Below are positions 20,434-31,220 of a stretch of DNA of 64,000 nt, in pieces. The translations under genes and the position numbers were made by a program. Position 1 is the stretch's first letter; each line of letters begins with the position of its first letter. Below the pieces are notes generated by a model. The model saw only the letters and a list, made by a program, of their open reading frames with translations, was not told where the DNA came from and ran no database searches. The DNA is taken from contig JAZNEP010000007.1 in NCBI GenBank assembly GCA_045588655.1, forward strand, positions 3,260 to 67,259, in the 5' to 3' direction. The stretch comes from Lachnospiraceae bacterium (GTDB lineage Bacteria; Bacillota; Clostridia; Lachnospirales; Lachnospiraceae).

Positions 20434-21531
20434 ATGGCAGGTTCTATGTTAGGAAAACATTTTACTATACAGACATTCGGTGAGTCGCATGGGGAAGGAA
20501 TTGGTGTGGTTGTGGACGGATGTCCGGCCGGACTTTCTCTTTCAGCAGAAGATATTCAAATATATTTAAATCGTCGAAAACCGGGACAAAATAAATTTGC
20601 GACGCCACGAAAAGAGGCCGATGAAGTAGAAATATTGTCCGGTGTTTTTGAAGGAAAGACTACCGGTACTCCGATTGCACTTCTTGTACGCAACACGTCG
20701 CAGCGTTCCGGGGATTATTCTGAGATTGCATCCTACTATAGGCCTGGACATGCAGATTATACATTTGATCAGAAATTCGGTTTCCGTGATTATAGAGGTG
20801 GTGGTCGCTCTTCCGGTCGTGAAACAATTGGTCGTGTGGCGGCCGGTGCAATCGCACTTAAACTTTTGAAGGAACTTGGTATTCGAGTTTGCGCGTATAC
20901 ACGTTCCATTGGTCCAGTTTCAATTGATGATACCAAGTTCAATGAAAACGCCATCTATAACACACCAACTTCTATGCCAGATGAGAACGCATCTAAGCTG
21001 GCAGAAGCATATTTAGAAGAATGTATGCACAACCATGATTCATCCGGTGGTGTCATAGAATGTATTGTAAAGGGTGCTGTAGCAGGTATCGGAGAACCTG
21101 TCTTTGACAAACTGGATGCAAATCTCGGAAAGGCAATCATGTCAATCGGTAGTGTGAAGGCCTTTGAAATTGGCGATGGTATCTCGGTAGCTACAAATCG
21201 CGGGTCTGAGAATAATGATGCTTTTGTCCTGCAAGATGGGCAAATCATAAAGGAAACCAATCACAGTGGTGGTATTTTGGGTGGAATCAGTGATGGAAGT
21301 GACATCATACTCCGCGCTTACATTAAACCTACTCCTTCCATTTTCAAAGAGCAGCATACCGTAAATAAATCCGGTGAAAATATTTCGATTGAAATAAAGG
21401 GGCGCCATGATCCGGTCATTGTTCCTAGAGCTGTCGTTGTGGTTGAAGCTATGACTGCGCTTACATTGATTGACCTGATGATGGAAAATGCTACATCAAA
21501 GCTGGAACACTTAAAAAAAATATATCTGTAA
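20434..21531 (+). CDS. aroC: chorismate synthase
   Basis: MAGSMLGKHFTIQTFGESHGEGIGVVVDGCPAGL...; start at ATG with GGAGG SD. Confidence 0.95.
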   Translation: MAGSMLGKHFTIQTFGESHGEGIGVVVDGCPAGLSLSAEDIQIYLNRRKPGQNKFATPRKEADEVEILSGVFEGKTTGTPIALLVRNTSQRSGDYSEIASYYRPGHADYTFDQKFGFRDYRGGGRSSGRETIGRVAAGAIALKLLKELGIRVCAYTRSIGPVSIDDTKFNENAIYNTPTSMPDENASKLAEAYLEECMHNHDSSGGVIECIVKGAVAGIGEPVFDKLDANLGKAIMSIGSVKAFEIGDGISVATNRGSENNDAFVLQDGQIIKETNHSGGILGGISDGSDIILRAYIKPTPSIFKEQHTVNKSGENISIEIKGRHDPVIVPRAVVVVEAMTALTLIDLMMENATSKLEHLKKIYL

Positions 21532-21540
21532 AAGATAGTT

Positions 21541-24039
21541 CTATAGCATTTGAGTGACTTCATCAATCGTACATTGATAAAGTTTCATAAGCTCATCATG
21601 CTGTGCTTTCACAAAAGCTAATTTTTCACTATTATTGTCGGCAAAATATTCTTTGCCGACTTTCTCTATCTTAGCTGCAAAATCTGAAAGTTTAACGGCT
21701 CCTATATTTAAGGATGCAGACTTTAAGGAATGTACATGAGTGATATAGTTTTTCCAGTTCTCCCCATCATAATTTTCGTTTAATTGCTGAACTTTATTTT
21801 TATATCCGTCACAATATATCTCCAGAAATTCATGATACATTTCTTCGTTGTGTCCACAATATACATAACCAACTTTTCTATCTAAGAATACTCCGATATC
21901 TTCACAGGTTTGGTCTTTCAACACCATGGAATTTTCTACACCTTTTGTAACATTTGCAACAGAAATTTTGTGTGACGGAAGATATTGCACAAGCATCTGT
22001 TCTAACTGTGTTATCTCGATCGGTTTACTGAGGTAATCATCAAATCCATTATTTAAATAGAGTTCTTTTGCTCCCGAAATGGCATTGGCAGTCAAAGCAA
22101 TTACTATCGTCTTTTTCTTCAAATCCATTTCAATCATTTTCTTTAGAGTCTCAATTCCATCCATCTCCGGCATCATATGATCAAGCAAAACAATGTCATA
22201 GTTATTTTGAGACATATATTTCAGACAATCTTCTCCGCTTACACAAGTTGTAACCTTCGCCTTGGTAGACTTCAAGAGACTTGACATAACAAAAAGGTTC
22301 ATATCATAGTCATCCACAACTAAAATTTCAGCGTTTGGAGCTATAAAGCTTTCAACATATGATTCTGTTAAATAAGCTGATTGAGTTGCTTTGAAATCAC
22401 CGATTTCTTGCGCATTAATAACCTGTTGTGGTATATAAACCGTAAATGTTGAACCTTCACCATATGTACTTTCTACCTCAATGCGACCATTCATACACTC
22501 AATTAATCGGTGTGTAATGGCAAGACCCAATCCGCTTCCTTCAATGCTTCGATTTTTTTTAATATCCAGTCTTTGAAAATTTATAAATAGCTTCTTTAAG
22601 TCTTCTTCTTTGATTCCTACTCCCGTATCAGTTACCTTAATGATCAAGGTTGTCATTTTATCAGAACGCTGCTCCTGTGTGACAGAGAATGAAATCTTTC
22701 CTTTTTCTGTATACTTTACTGCATTGTTAAGAATGTTAATCATAATCTGACGAATGCGAACGCTATCTCCGGATAACACACTTGGTAAGTTCTTATCGAT
22801 GTCTGTGTGAAAGGATAAACTTTTTTCTTTTACAGAATACAGAATCATATTAACAATATCATTCAGCAATCGGTCTAATTGATAATGCTCACTCACTACT
22901 TCAATTTTTCCTGCTTCAATCTTAGAAAAATCAAGAATATCATTAATTAAAGCTAATAAACTGGAGCTTGCATTTTTTATATTTTGAGAATAAGATTTAA
23001 TTTCACTATCCGTGCACTCACGCAATACCATTTCATTCATACCAATAATTGCATGAAGAGGGGTACGTATTTCGTGGGACATATTTGCCAAAAACGCACT
23101 CTTGGCGTGATTTGCATGTTCTGCTTCCTCTTTTGCAATACGTAATTCTTCGCTTTCCTGTGCCTTTTCTGCTGTAATAAAGAGATAAACACCTACAATA
23201 ATAAAAAGAATTAAAAGCAAACCAAATACCCATAAAACAAGTGTTGTAATATACATAACCCCTTCGGAAACCGCATCTTCCGGTACAATTCCTACCACGT
23301 ACATTCCATATTGTGATAACTCTGAAACCATCAGAAAATAATTGTTCTCTTTGCATTCTATGTAAGTACTGGCTGCTGTTGCTATAGTCATTTTGTTTCG
23401 AATAATAGCAAAAGAATCCTGAAGCTCTGTTTTCTGCCAAAATTCCTCACTATAGATATCTTCTATAAATGGTACGATGATTTCATGGTCTGCACTAGCC
23501 CAAAGAATCTGTCCTTGTCCATTATAACAGTCTAATCCAAATGTATTTTTTATAACCGCTTCATCATATAGCTTGTAGAGAACATACTTTACATTATCCC
23601 CATTGTATATCGGTACAGAAAACATCATACCCATATCTTTTCGATATGAAACCGCCTCATTTCCACGAAAAGAATCACGAATACCTTCAAATTCATTTAA
23701 TACAATAGGATTACCTGATATAATCTCTCCATCCAGTGCCACTATACCCCCGGAAATACCCTCTTGCTCCTGCATCACCGTTTGTAGTACCTGGTCCATC
23801 ATCTCACTGTTATTCTGAACTGCATTTGCGATATTTTTTAATTGTATAAATTGTATCATGATACTTTGCTCCACATGTTCTGCTAACATGTTTGCTTGTT
23901 CCGTCAACTGATTTTCAATATTATCGGTTAACATTTGGTTCATTTTATAACCAAGCATGGAACCAACAACCAGCATGATAACTAGCAGAAGGGTTATACC
24001 AAGTATCGTATGAGTACTTAATATTTTTCTATTTTTCAT
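21541..24039 (-). CDS. hybrid sensor histidine kinase / response regulator with C-terminal Hpt domain and periplasmic Cache-like sensor
   Basis: Two TM segments flanking an extracytoplasmic domain; HisKA H-box ANMSHEIRTPLHAIIGM; HATPase; REC (VVDDYDMN...LLDHMMPEMDG); Hpt (HSLKSAS). Confidence 0.9.
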   Translation of the reverse strand: MKNRKILSTHTILGITLLLVIMLVVGSMLGYKMNQMLTDNIENQLTEQANMLAEHVEQSIMIQFIQLKNIANAVQNNSEMMDQVLQTVMQEQEGISGGIVALDGEIISGNPIVLNEFEGIRDSFRGNEAVSYRKDMGMMFSVPIYNGDNVKYVLYKLYDEAVIKNTFGLDCYNGQGQILWASADHEIIVPFIEDIYSEEFWQKTELQDSFAIIRNKMTIATAASTYIECKENNYFLMVSELSQYGMYVVGIVPEDAVSEGVMYITTLVLWVFGLLLILFIIVGVYLFITAEKAQESEELRIAKEEAEHANHAKSAFLANMSHEIRTPLHAIIGMNEMVLRECTDSEIKSYSQNIKNASSSLLALINDILDFSKIEAGKIEVVSEHYQLDRLLNDIVNMILYSVKEKSLSFHTDIDKNLPSVLSGDSVRIRQIMINILNNAVKYTEKGKISFSVTQEQRSDKMTTLIIKVTDTGVGIKEEDLKKLFINFQRLDIKKNRSIEGSGLGLAITHRLIECMNGRIEVESTYGEGSTFTVYIPQQVINAQEIGDFKATQSAYLTESYVESFIAPNAEILVVDDYDMNLFVMSSLLKSTKAKVTTCVSGEDCLKYMSQNNYDIVLLDHMMPEMDGIETLKKMIEMDLKKKTIVIALTANAISGAKELYLNNGFDDYLSKPIEITQLEQMLVQYLPSHKISVANVTKGVENSMVLKDQTCEDIGVFLDRKVGYVYCGHNEEMYHEFLEIYCDGYKNKVQQLNENYDGENWKNYITHVHSLKSASLNIGAVKLSDFAAKIEKVGKEYFADNNSEKLAFVKAQHDELMKLYQCTIDEVTQML

Positions 24040-25126
24040 AAAGCTTTACACCTTCAACATACCAATCAAACGCATTTAAAAGCATTTCATCCGGCATATT
24101 TTCCCCTATATTGATTCTTAAATTGCCATCCATATCCATAACAGGACCGTAAAACACATCATAGGTTCCGTCCCAAAGTTCTTCCATTTTTTCTATTAAA
24201 ATTTCTTCCGTTCCTGCTTTTACATTTGTTGTAAGCGGCGCTAAATCAACAAGTCCTGTTTCTGCACCTTCCCAATATTGCTTAGATTGGAACTTTCCTT
24301 GCAGACATTTTAATAACTGCGGAGTGTAAAATTCCTCCCAGTGCCAAATAGCTGCTGTTAGGTAACTGTCCGGGTAGTCCTTGCTATTGTCCATGTTATA
24401 TCCAATTGACCATATTCCGCGACTTTCTGCCACATCAAGTGGTGCAACCGTATCACAATGCATAGCAAGAACATCTACATTATATTCATCAATCAGTGTA
24501 TTAGCCGCAATCGCATTTGCCTTGTCATCTGTCCAAGACTCACTCCAGTATACATTTACTACCGCATCCGGATTCACTGAACGCACACCAAGTGTAAATG
24601 CATTGATACCACGATTAACCTCATCAATAGGAAATGCAGCAACATATCCAATCGAATTGGATTCTGTTTGCAAACCGGCCACAATTCCACACAAATAGCG
24701 CATCTGATAGATTCTCCCGAAATAGGTAGAAATATTTTGTTCAGTTTTCACCCCTGTTGCATGGAAAAACATAATTTTTGGGTTTTTCTTTGCCACCTGC
24801 GAAATATAATCTCCATAATCAAAAGAATTGCATAGAATAATTTCGCAACCCTGATCAATCATCTCTTGCATGGTAGTAACACAAGTATCATCAAACGGAA
24901 CATTTTCTTTATAAATTATTTTTAAATTCAGCTCATCGGCCGTCTTACAGATACCTTCGAAATGAGACTGTCCCCATCCTTTATCATTAATAGTTCCGTT
25001 TAATATAAATCCAACTTTCGTTATTTTCTTCGTAACTTCAGTATCCTGTTCGTTACCATGCATCATAAGCATTCCAATGATAATAATTATCAAAACCGCA
25101 ATTGAAATTATGGTAATTTTTTTCAT
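24029..25126 (-). CDS. BMP-family (PnrA/Med-like) ABC-type substrate-binding protein
   Basis: ...KVGFILNGTINDKGWGQSHFEGI... typical of basic membrane protein family; N-terminal signal anchor. Track ORF begins on TTG; the internal ATG with a GAGGGTAGG SD is used instead. Confidence 0.8.
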   Translation of the reverse strand: MKKITIISIAVLIIIIIGMLMMHGNEQDTEVTKKITKVGFILNGTINDKGWGQSHFEGICKTADELNLKIIYKENVPFDDTCVTTMQEMIDQGCEIILCNSFDYGDYISQVAKKNPKIMFFHATGVKTEQNISTYFGRIYQMRYLCGIVAGLQTESNSIGYVAAFPIDEVNRGINAFTLGVRSVNPDAVVNVYWSESWTDDKANAIAANTLIDEYNVDVLAMHCDTVAPLDVAESRGIWSIGYNMDNSKDYPDSYLTAAIWHWEEFYTPQLLKCLQGKFQSKQYWEGAETGLVDLAPLTTNVKAGTEEILIEKMEELWDGTYDVFYGPVMDMDGNLRINIGENMPDEMLLNAFDWYVEGVKLYEK

Positions 25127-25153
25127 TGCCCTACCCTCATAATTCGTATACAA

Positions 25154-27055
25154 TTAGTTCGCTATACTGTGCATAATCTCTTTCAAAGCCAATGGTAAAA
25201 ACGGCTTTGTAATATAATCATCAACGCCATACTTTGCTGCTTTTTCCAGCGTTTTAAAATTCTTATCGCCTGTCATAAATACTACCGGAATATTATATTT
25301 TTTCTTAATATGAGACAATGTCTCAAATCCGTCCATATCCGGCATAACCAGATCCAATAATATCAGATTAATCTCCTGCTCTTCCAAAACTTTTAAAGCT
25401 TCTTTACCACTAAGAACACTTATAATTTCATACATCGGTTCATCTTTCATGATACGTTCTATCATTTTAATATTCATTAGTTCATCATCTATGACAAGCA
25501 CTCGTTTCTGAATAGATTCCGATTCTTTCAAAGCATAAGCTTTATCTTCGTCTATCATCTGAAGCATAATATCAGCTATCTCAGGATCAAACTGTATCGC
25601 TTTTCCCTTTTCGATTTCAGAACGCACAATCTGCTGTGGTAGAGATTTACGATAGCTTCGGTTACTGGTCATAGCATCATAGGAATCTGCCACTCCGATA
25701 ATACGCGCAATTTCCGGAATATTGTTACCCGTCAAACCATTTGGATACCCTTCTCCGTCAAAGCGTTCATGGTGAAACTTGGCTCCGTTGGCAATAGAAA
25801 GATCTTCATAAATATCCTTCAAAATATGATAACTGGTAATCGGATGTACTTTAATCTGCTCATATTCATCATCCGTCAGCTTGCCCGGCTTGTTAATAAT
25901 ACTACCCGGAACACGAATCTTTCCTACATCATGCAATAGCCCTGCATAATAGATGAGCTTCTGTTCATTTTCGCTTTTATTCATGCGCATTGCAATTTCT
26001 TTGGAATATTCAGCCACACGTAAAGAGTGACCATTGGTATAGTGATCTTTTGCATCAATCGTACGGACCAGTGCACGGATAATTTTCCGATTCATTTCTT
26101 CGATTTTTCGAGTACTATCGATTTCTTGATTTAATGATTGATTCATTCGAAGAAAAGTTATAATAAAGAACGCTATTATGAGAATAGAAATAACGCTACA
26201 TATAAAAATGTTCTGGTGCAATGTTGATCGTGCATCTGCAAATAATGCGTCATTACTGACAATCAACACAACACTCCAGTCATCCATAACCGTATCGAAA
26301 AATACGGTCATTGTTTCGCCCTGATAGTCAATCTCGAAACGTCCAATTTTTTGTGAATATACTTTATTCACCAACTCTTTTAACGTTGAATCCGCTTCTA
26401 AATAATTTTTTCCTTTTTCATTGATATCACTATGAGCAACAACTAAACCATTCTTATCAATTACAAATCCGTATCCGATATTATTCAGAGCAATTTTTTC
26501 AGTAATTTCCTGAATACGATCCATTTTGATATCTAAAGAAAGTACACTCTCTCCATCCTGAAGCATCTGACTGACAGATATCATAATTGTGTTTGTTTGT
26601 GCATCCAGATAGGGGGAAACAATAATAGGCGCACCTTTTGCCTGAGAGGCTACTATGTACCAATCTCTGGATTTTGGATTATAATCTGCATCCGGAACCC
26701 ATCCGATTCCATCGATATAGATTCCGTCAAACACACCGTAGATACCGGTGAAATTCTCATCTATTTCTTCTGTATATCGCTTAGATTCATAGACAAGAAA
26801 ATCTCGGATTTCCTCCGCTGTCGCGCCAGCATCCATCATATACTCCACAGATACGGCAGTAGTTTGTACAACGCTCTTACCTGTCTCAAGATACGCATGC
26901 AATTCTTCTTTTGCCTGTGCTAAATTACTAGAACCGATATCTCCAATATTTTTAACCGCATTTGAATTAAAGACAGAATAGTTAAATATTACCATAACAA
27001 ACAATGCAAATATAATACTTATTAAAGCAAATACATACCATTTTTTCTTTATCAT
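25154..27055 (-). CDS. membrane HD-GYP phosphodiesterase with extracytoplasmic dCache sensor and C-terminal REC domain
   Basis: TM, dCache-like (DWYIVA...), TM, then HD-GYP (LLHDVGK ... HHERFDGEGYPNG), then REC (VLVIDDE...LLDLVMPDMDG...KPF). Start at MIKKKW with GAGAGGA SD. Confidence 0.85.
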   Translation of the reverse strand: MIKKKWYVFALISIIFALFVMVIFNYSVFNSNAVKNIGDIGSSNLAQAKEELHAYLETGKSVVQTTAVSVEYMMDAGATAEEIRDFLVYESKRYTEEIDENFTGIYGVFDGIYIDGIGWVPDADYNPKSRDWYIVASQAKGAPIIVSPYLDAQTNTIMISVSQMLQDGESVLSLDIKMDRIQEITEKIALNNIGYGFVIDKNGLVVAHSDINEKGKNYLEADSTLKELVNKVYSQKIGRFEIDYQGETMTVFFDTVMDDWSVVLIVSNDALFADARSTLHQNIFICSVISILIIAFFIITFLRMNQSLNQEIDSTRKIEEMNRKIIRALVRTIDAKDHYTNGHSLRVAEYSKEIAMRMNKSENEQKLIYYAGLLHDVGKIRVPGSIINKPGKLTDDEYEQIKVHPITSYHILKDIYEDLSIANGAKFHHERFDGEGYPNGLTGNNIPEIARIIGVADSYDAMTSNRSYRKSLPQQIVRSEIEKGKAIQFDPEIADIMLQMIDEDKAYALKESESIQKRVLVIDDELMNIKMIERIMKDEPMYEIISVLSGKEALKVLEEQEINLILLDLVMPDMDGFETLSHIKKKYNIPVVFMTGDKNFKTLEKAAKYGVDDYITKPFLPLALKEIMHSIAN

Positions 27056-27086
27056 GCGCATTCCTCTCTTCTGTATATAAAATGTG

Positions 27087-28529
27087 TTACTCAACTCGGA
27101 TTGTGTTAGCTCCTTTGTTCGTGTCAAATGCCACAAACTCTACAATTTCTTCTAAAAGCGTATCATAAATAAAGAGGTTGATTCCGTCATGTTCCATGGA
27201 GTAGTTCGAACCATCCATAAAGAGTCCTGCGACGTTCTCTCCGTTTTCGTTTTTTGCATAGGACAATTTGTATTCGTGACCATCATCAAGAATAAATGTT
27301 TCTTCATACATATCCGTCACTTGCACTCCCTCTGCTACAGGAACACCATTTTGAAGAAGAACAAGATAGCACCACTCGCCTTGCATATCATAGTTCGGTG
27401 CAATACCAAGTAAAGCAAGTGCAGCACGTTCATCATCAGTATACGTCATCGCATCGGTACATTTCATCGCAAACATCGTCACCCATTCTTTGCCTGCAAG
27501 TGCCTGAAAATACGTCTGCATATCAGAGATGCTAATCTGTTCACATTTATCTTTTTTGTGGTAAAAATATTTGCCATCTTCATGCCACTGTGCAAACGCC
27601 GGATTTTCACGTTTATCTTCAATCTCGTAATTTTGAGATAAGTATTCACCCATGTATTTGGTGACTTTTTCCGCCTGAAGGATATTGATATGTGCTTCTC
27701 CGTCAAATACTACATTCATATTTATAAAAGGAATATCATTCTCATCTGCAAATTCCGCAACCGAAAGATATAATTTTTGTCGTTCCGCATTTCCATTTGG
27801 TGTTTTTATGAGAATCAAATCCACACCTTCTGCTTTGGTTAACTCCACAATGTTACCAAGCCATTCTCTGGCTTTTTCCGGAAGAGCCTCTTTTTGTGTT
27901 TGAAGCATAACTTCCTCCGAAGGCATATCTGCATAGTTATGAGGTACAACAAATGGGGAGTATCCTTTATATACATTTCGTTTTTGATAGAACGAATTCA
28001 TTATCTTCTTTTCATCAAGCGTATTCCATGTATCATGATATTTTACAAGTTCAAAATAAAATGCGCCACGTTCATCTTTTGGAACCGCATCGCGAATCGC
28101 CAAGACCTTGTTCATACTCCATGGCAAATCATCCAAATTAATGTGGTTTACTCCCTCATCCTCATATGTATTACCATAAACTGTAAATACATCCAGTATA
28201 ATTGCCTTCGGATTTTGGTGCTTTAATGCCTCTTTTATATAATAATATGAAATCCAAAGTGGTTGCTCATTGGCACAAAAATCATAGGAAGTAATACCAA
28301 ACTCTTCAAAAAGTACATTAGGCGCAATGTCTGCATAAAGCTGGCTGGAACCTACAAAGACAAAATCCAGTGAGTTTTTCGGCTCCTGATAAAAACCTTT
28401 CACCTTGGAAGTAACATCATATTCAAGCTCAACACGTTTATCCTTAAGAACCTCTGTGGCTGTGACAAATAAGATAGCAAAAATCAGGACAAAGCATGTA
28501 AAGTGAAAGAAAATTTTTGTTTTTTTCAT
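27087..28529 (-). CDS. extracytoplasmic MBOAT-partner protein (DltD/AlgJ/DHHW-like)
   Basis: N-terminal signal anchor; about 480 aa; located immediately downstream of the MBOAT gene as is typical for O-acylation partner proteins. Exact family not recognisable by eye. Confidence 0.5.
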   Translation of the reverse strand: MKKTKIFFHFTCFVLIFAILFVTATEVLKDKRVELEYDVTSKVKGFYQEPKNSLDFVFVGSSQLYADIAPNVLFEEFGITSYDFCANEQPLWISYYYIKEALKHQNPKAIILDVFTVYGNTYEDEGVNHINLDDLPWSMNKVLAIRDAVPKDERGAFYFELVKYHDTWNTLDEKKIMNSFYQKRNVYKGYSPFVVPHNYADMPSEEVMLQTQKEALPEKAREWLGNIVELTKAEGVDLILIKTPNGNAERQKLYLSVAEFADENDIPFINMNVVFDGEAHINILQAEKVTKYMGEYLSQNYEIEDKRENPAFAQWHEDGKYFYHKKDKCEQISISDMQTYFQALAGKEWVTMFAMKCTDAMTYTDDERAALALLGIAPNYDMQGEWCYLVLLQNGVPVAEGVQVTDMYEETFILDDGHEYKLSYAKNENGENVAGLFMDGSNYSMEHDGINLFIYDTLLEEIVEFVAFDTNKGANTIRVE

Positions 28530-28540
28530 CGACACTCCTC

Positions 28541-29968
28541 CTAAAATCCGCCATAAATAAACTGCGCCGCATCATATCCCGGACCATAAATTCCAAAGAT
28601 TAATACCGCAAAGATTGCGATATATATAATTAAATAACGAAATATGATTCCTTGTTTTGTCAATTCTGCTCTCAATGACATTTTCGTCTGCAAATAGCTG
28701 ACAAAGAACATGGTGAGAATACCAATCATAAGAATCCATACATTTTTTGCATCTAGACCAAGTAAATAAATGGAATGATCCCACAAAATCCATGGATTAA
28801 AGGTAGTTACCATGCTTTTTATCATTGCAATTGCCTGCGATACGGATGACGCTCTAAAAAACATCCAAGCAATCATAACCAAAACAAAGGTGGTTACTTG
28901 TTTCCAAAGTCTATGTGAAAACGTGTTTCTATTGATATGAAATAGAGAAACAAATCGATTTCTTAATGGAGTAAGAATCTCTCCCATCATTTGATAAAAT
29001 GCATGCAAAAGTCCCCAAATAATAAAAGTGCTTCCAATCCCATGCCAGATTCCGCTTACAAAAAACGTAATAAAAAGATTTATATATTTTCTTACTCTTC
29101 CATTGCGATTTCCACCGAGAGGAATATAAATATAGTCTCTTAACCAGCTGCTAAGAGAAATATGCCATCGGCGCCAAAATTCTTTAATAGAATCCGAAAA
29201 ATACGGATGTGTAAAATTGTCTGCGAGGCGGATTCCTAACATTTCAGAGACACCTTTTGCAATACAAACACAACCATTAAAATCTGCATAAAGCTGTATA
29301 CTATACAGTACCCCAGCCAATATCATATACATACCGTGATAACTCTGATATTCTCCAAACAGTCGATTCACCATAATATTTGCTCGATCTGCAACCACAA
29401 GCTTTTGAAAATATCCCCAAAGCATAAGCTCAAATCCACCCACAAACATAGATACATCAAGACGATGGCGCACAGTCAGTTGACCGGAAAGCTGCGAATA
29501 TCGCGGAATCGGCCCTTGTAAAATTTGTGGGAAATAGGTAATAAACAGAAGATACTTAAAAAAATTATTCTCTGCATCTATCTTTTCTTTTTTTACATCC
29601 GTCATATATGCGATGATCTGTAGGGTATAAAATGATATTCCAAGCGGAAGAAGCCACGCAAAGCGGTCAATTCTTAAGTACGATGCAAGTATCGACCCGC
29701 TGGAAGCTGTTTTTAAGCCAAAAAGCAATCCTGTATTCAGAAGTATTACGCACCAATACAAGAGGCTTGATTGTTTGCAATACTTAGCCCATACATAGGA
29801 GGATAAGCTGCTAAATAGTATAAAAACAGAAAGTTTTGGCGATGCATATAAATAAAAAAACATACCCGCAAGGAGCAGCCAAATCCACTGCCCCTTGCCT
29901 GGTATGCTATAATACACAAAAATTGTAATAATGAAAAAGAGTAAAAAACTACCAGAAATAAAATCCAT
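28541..29968 (-). CDS. MBOAT-family membrane O-acyltransferase (AlgI/DltB-like)
   Basis: Polytopic membrane protein; conserved ...WRRWHISLSSWLRDYIYIPLGGNR... histidine motif of MBOAT. Confidence 0.85.
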   Translation of the reverse strand: MDFISGSFLLFFIITIFVYYSIPGKGQWIWLLLAGMFFYLYASPKLSVFILFSSLSSYVWAKYCKQSSLLYWCVILLNTGLLFGLKTASSGSILASYLRIDRFAWLLPLGISFYTLQIIAYMTDVKKEKIDAENNFFKYLLFITYFPQILQGPIPRYSQLSGQLTVRHRLDVSMFVGGFELMLWGYFQKLVVADRANIMVNRLFGEYQSYHGMYMILAGVLYSIQLYADFNGCVCIAKGVSEMLGIRLADNFTHPYFSDSIKEFWRRWHISLSSWLRDYIYIPLGGNRNGRVRKYINLFITFFVSGIWHGIGSTFIIWGLLHAFYQMMGEILTPLRNRFVSLFHINRNTFSHRLWKQVTTFVLVMIAWMFFRASSVSQAIAMIKSMVTTFNPWILWDHSIYLLGLDAKNVWILMIGILTMFFVSYLQTKMSLRAELTKQGIIFRYLIIYIAIFAVLIFGIYGPGYDAAQFIYGGF

Positions 29969-29986
29969 GTAACGTTAACCCTGACC

Positions 29987-31192
29987 TTATAATGTTTCGT
30001 ATGTTTTACGAATTTCTTTGATAAACTCCTGACTATTACATACTATAACATCTTTTAACGAAGTAATCAATGCAAGGTCTTTTGTCATTCTTCCGCTTTC
30101 GATGGTTTCAACTGTTGCTTTTTCCAATTTATCTGCAAATTCCATAAGTTCTTTATTTCCATCCAGTTCTCCACGTTTGCGGAGTGCACCGGTCCATGCA
30201 AAAATAGTTGCTACGGAATTGGTAGAGGTTTCTTCACCTTTTAAATGTTTATAATAATGTCTCTGTACCGTTCCGTGTGCAGCTTCATATTCGTATACAC
30301 CTGTCGGTGAAACTAAAACAGAAGTCATCATAGCAAGTGAACCGAAAGCACTTGAAACCATATCTGACATGACATCACCATCATAGTTTTTACAAGCCCA
30401 AATGAATCCACCTTTCGCTTTCATTACACGTGCAACAGCATCATCAATCAAAGTATAGAAATATTCAATGCCTGCTGCTTCAAATTTATCCTTGTATTCT
30501 GCATCATAAATCTCTTGGAAAATATCTTTGAAATTATGATCATACTTCTTTGAAATTGTATCCTTTGTTGCAAACCAAAGATCCTGTTTGGTATCCAGAG
30601 CATAATTAAAACATGCTTTTGCAAAGCTCGAAATCGATGCATCCGTATTATGAATACCTTGAAGAATACCGCCATCTTTAAATGTATGAATCAGTTCACG
30701 AATTTCTGTTCCATCTTCAGCGGTATACACAAGTTCTGCTTTTCCTGGTCCCGGAACTTTGATTTCTGTGTTTTTATATACATCACCATATGCATGTCTT
30801 GCAAGTGTAATTGGTTTTTCCCAGTTGCGTACACAAGGCTCGATACCTTTCACAATAATTGGAGCACGAAATACCGTTCCGTCAAGTGTCGCACGAATCG
30901 TTCCATTTGGACTCTTCCACATTTCTTTTAAATTATACTCCGTCATTCTTGCTGCATTTGGAGTAATCGTTGCACATTTTACAGCAACACCATATTTTTG
31001 CGTTGCAAGAGCCGAATCCATCGTCACTTTGTCATCCGTCTCATTTCTGTATTCCAATCCGAGATCATAATACTCTGTTTTAAGATCTACATAAGGACAA
31101 ATCAGCTCATCCTTAATCATTTTCCAGAGGATTCTGGTCATTTCATCTCCATCCATCTCAACGAGAGGTGTGGTCATCTGAATTTTTGCCAT
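29987..31192 (-). CDS. icd: NADP-dependent isocitrate dehydrogenase (eukaryotic-type homodimeric IDH, about 400 aa)
   Basis: [23 protein letters not shown]...[17 protein letters not shown]... closely resembles IDH1/IDH2-type enzymes. Confidence 0.9.
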   Translation of the reverse strand: MAKIQMTTPLVEMDGDEMTRILWKMIKDELICPYVDLKTEYYDLGLEYRNETDDKVTMDSALATQKYGVAVKCATITPNAARMTEYNLKEMWKSPNGTIRATLDGTVFRAPIIVKGIEPCVRNWEKPITLARHAYGDVYKNTEIKVPGPGKAELVYTAEDGTEIRELIHTFKDGGILQGIHNTDASISSFAKACFNYALDTKQDLWFATKDTISKKYDHNFKDIFQEIYDAEYKDKFEAAGIEYFYTLIDDAVARVMKAKGGFIWACKNYDGDVMSDMVSSAFGSLAMMTSVLVSPTGVYEYEAAHGTVQRHYYKHLKGEETSTNSVATIFAWTGALRKRGELDGNKELMEFADKLEKATVETIESGRMTKDLALITSLKDVIVCNSQEFIKEIRKTYETL

Positions 31193-31220
31193 ATATTTTT
31201 CTCCTGTTCATCTTTGTATT

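Noticed and set aside
25130-25160. Second copy of the TTGTATACAA operator-like motif near the HD-GYP/BMP junction (TTGTATACGAAT)
   Set aside because: It is only a half-site-like match, located inside coding sequence. It is most likely coincidental in this AT-rich genome.
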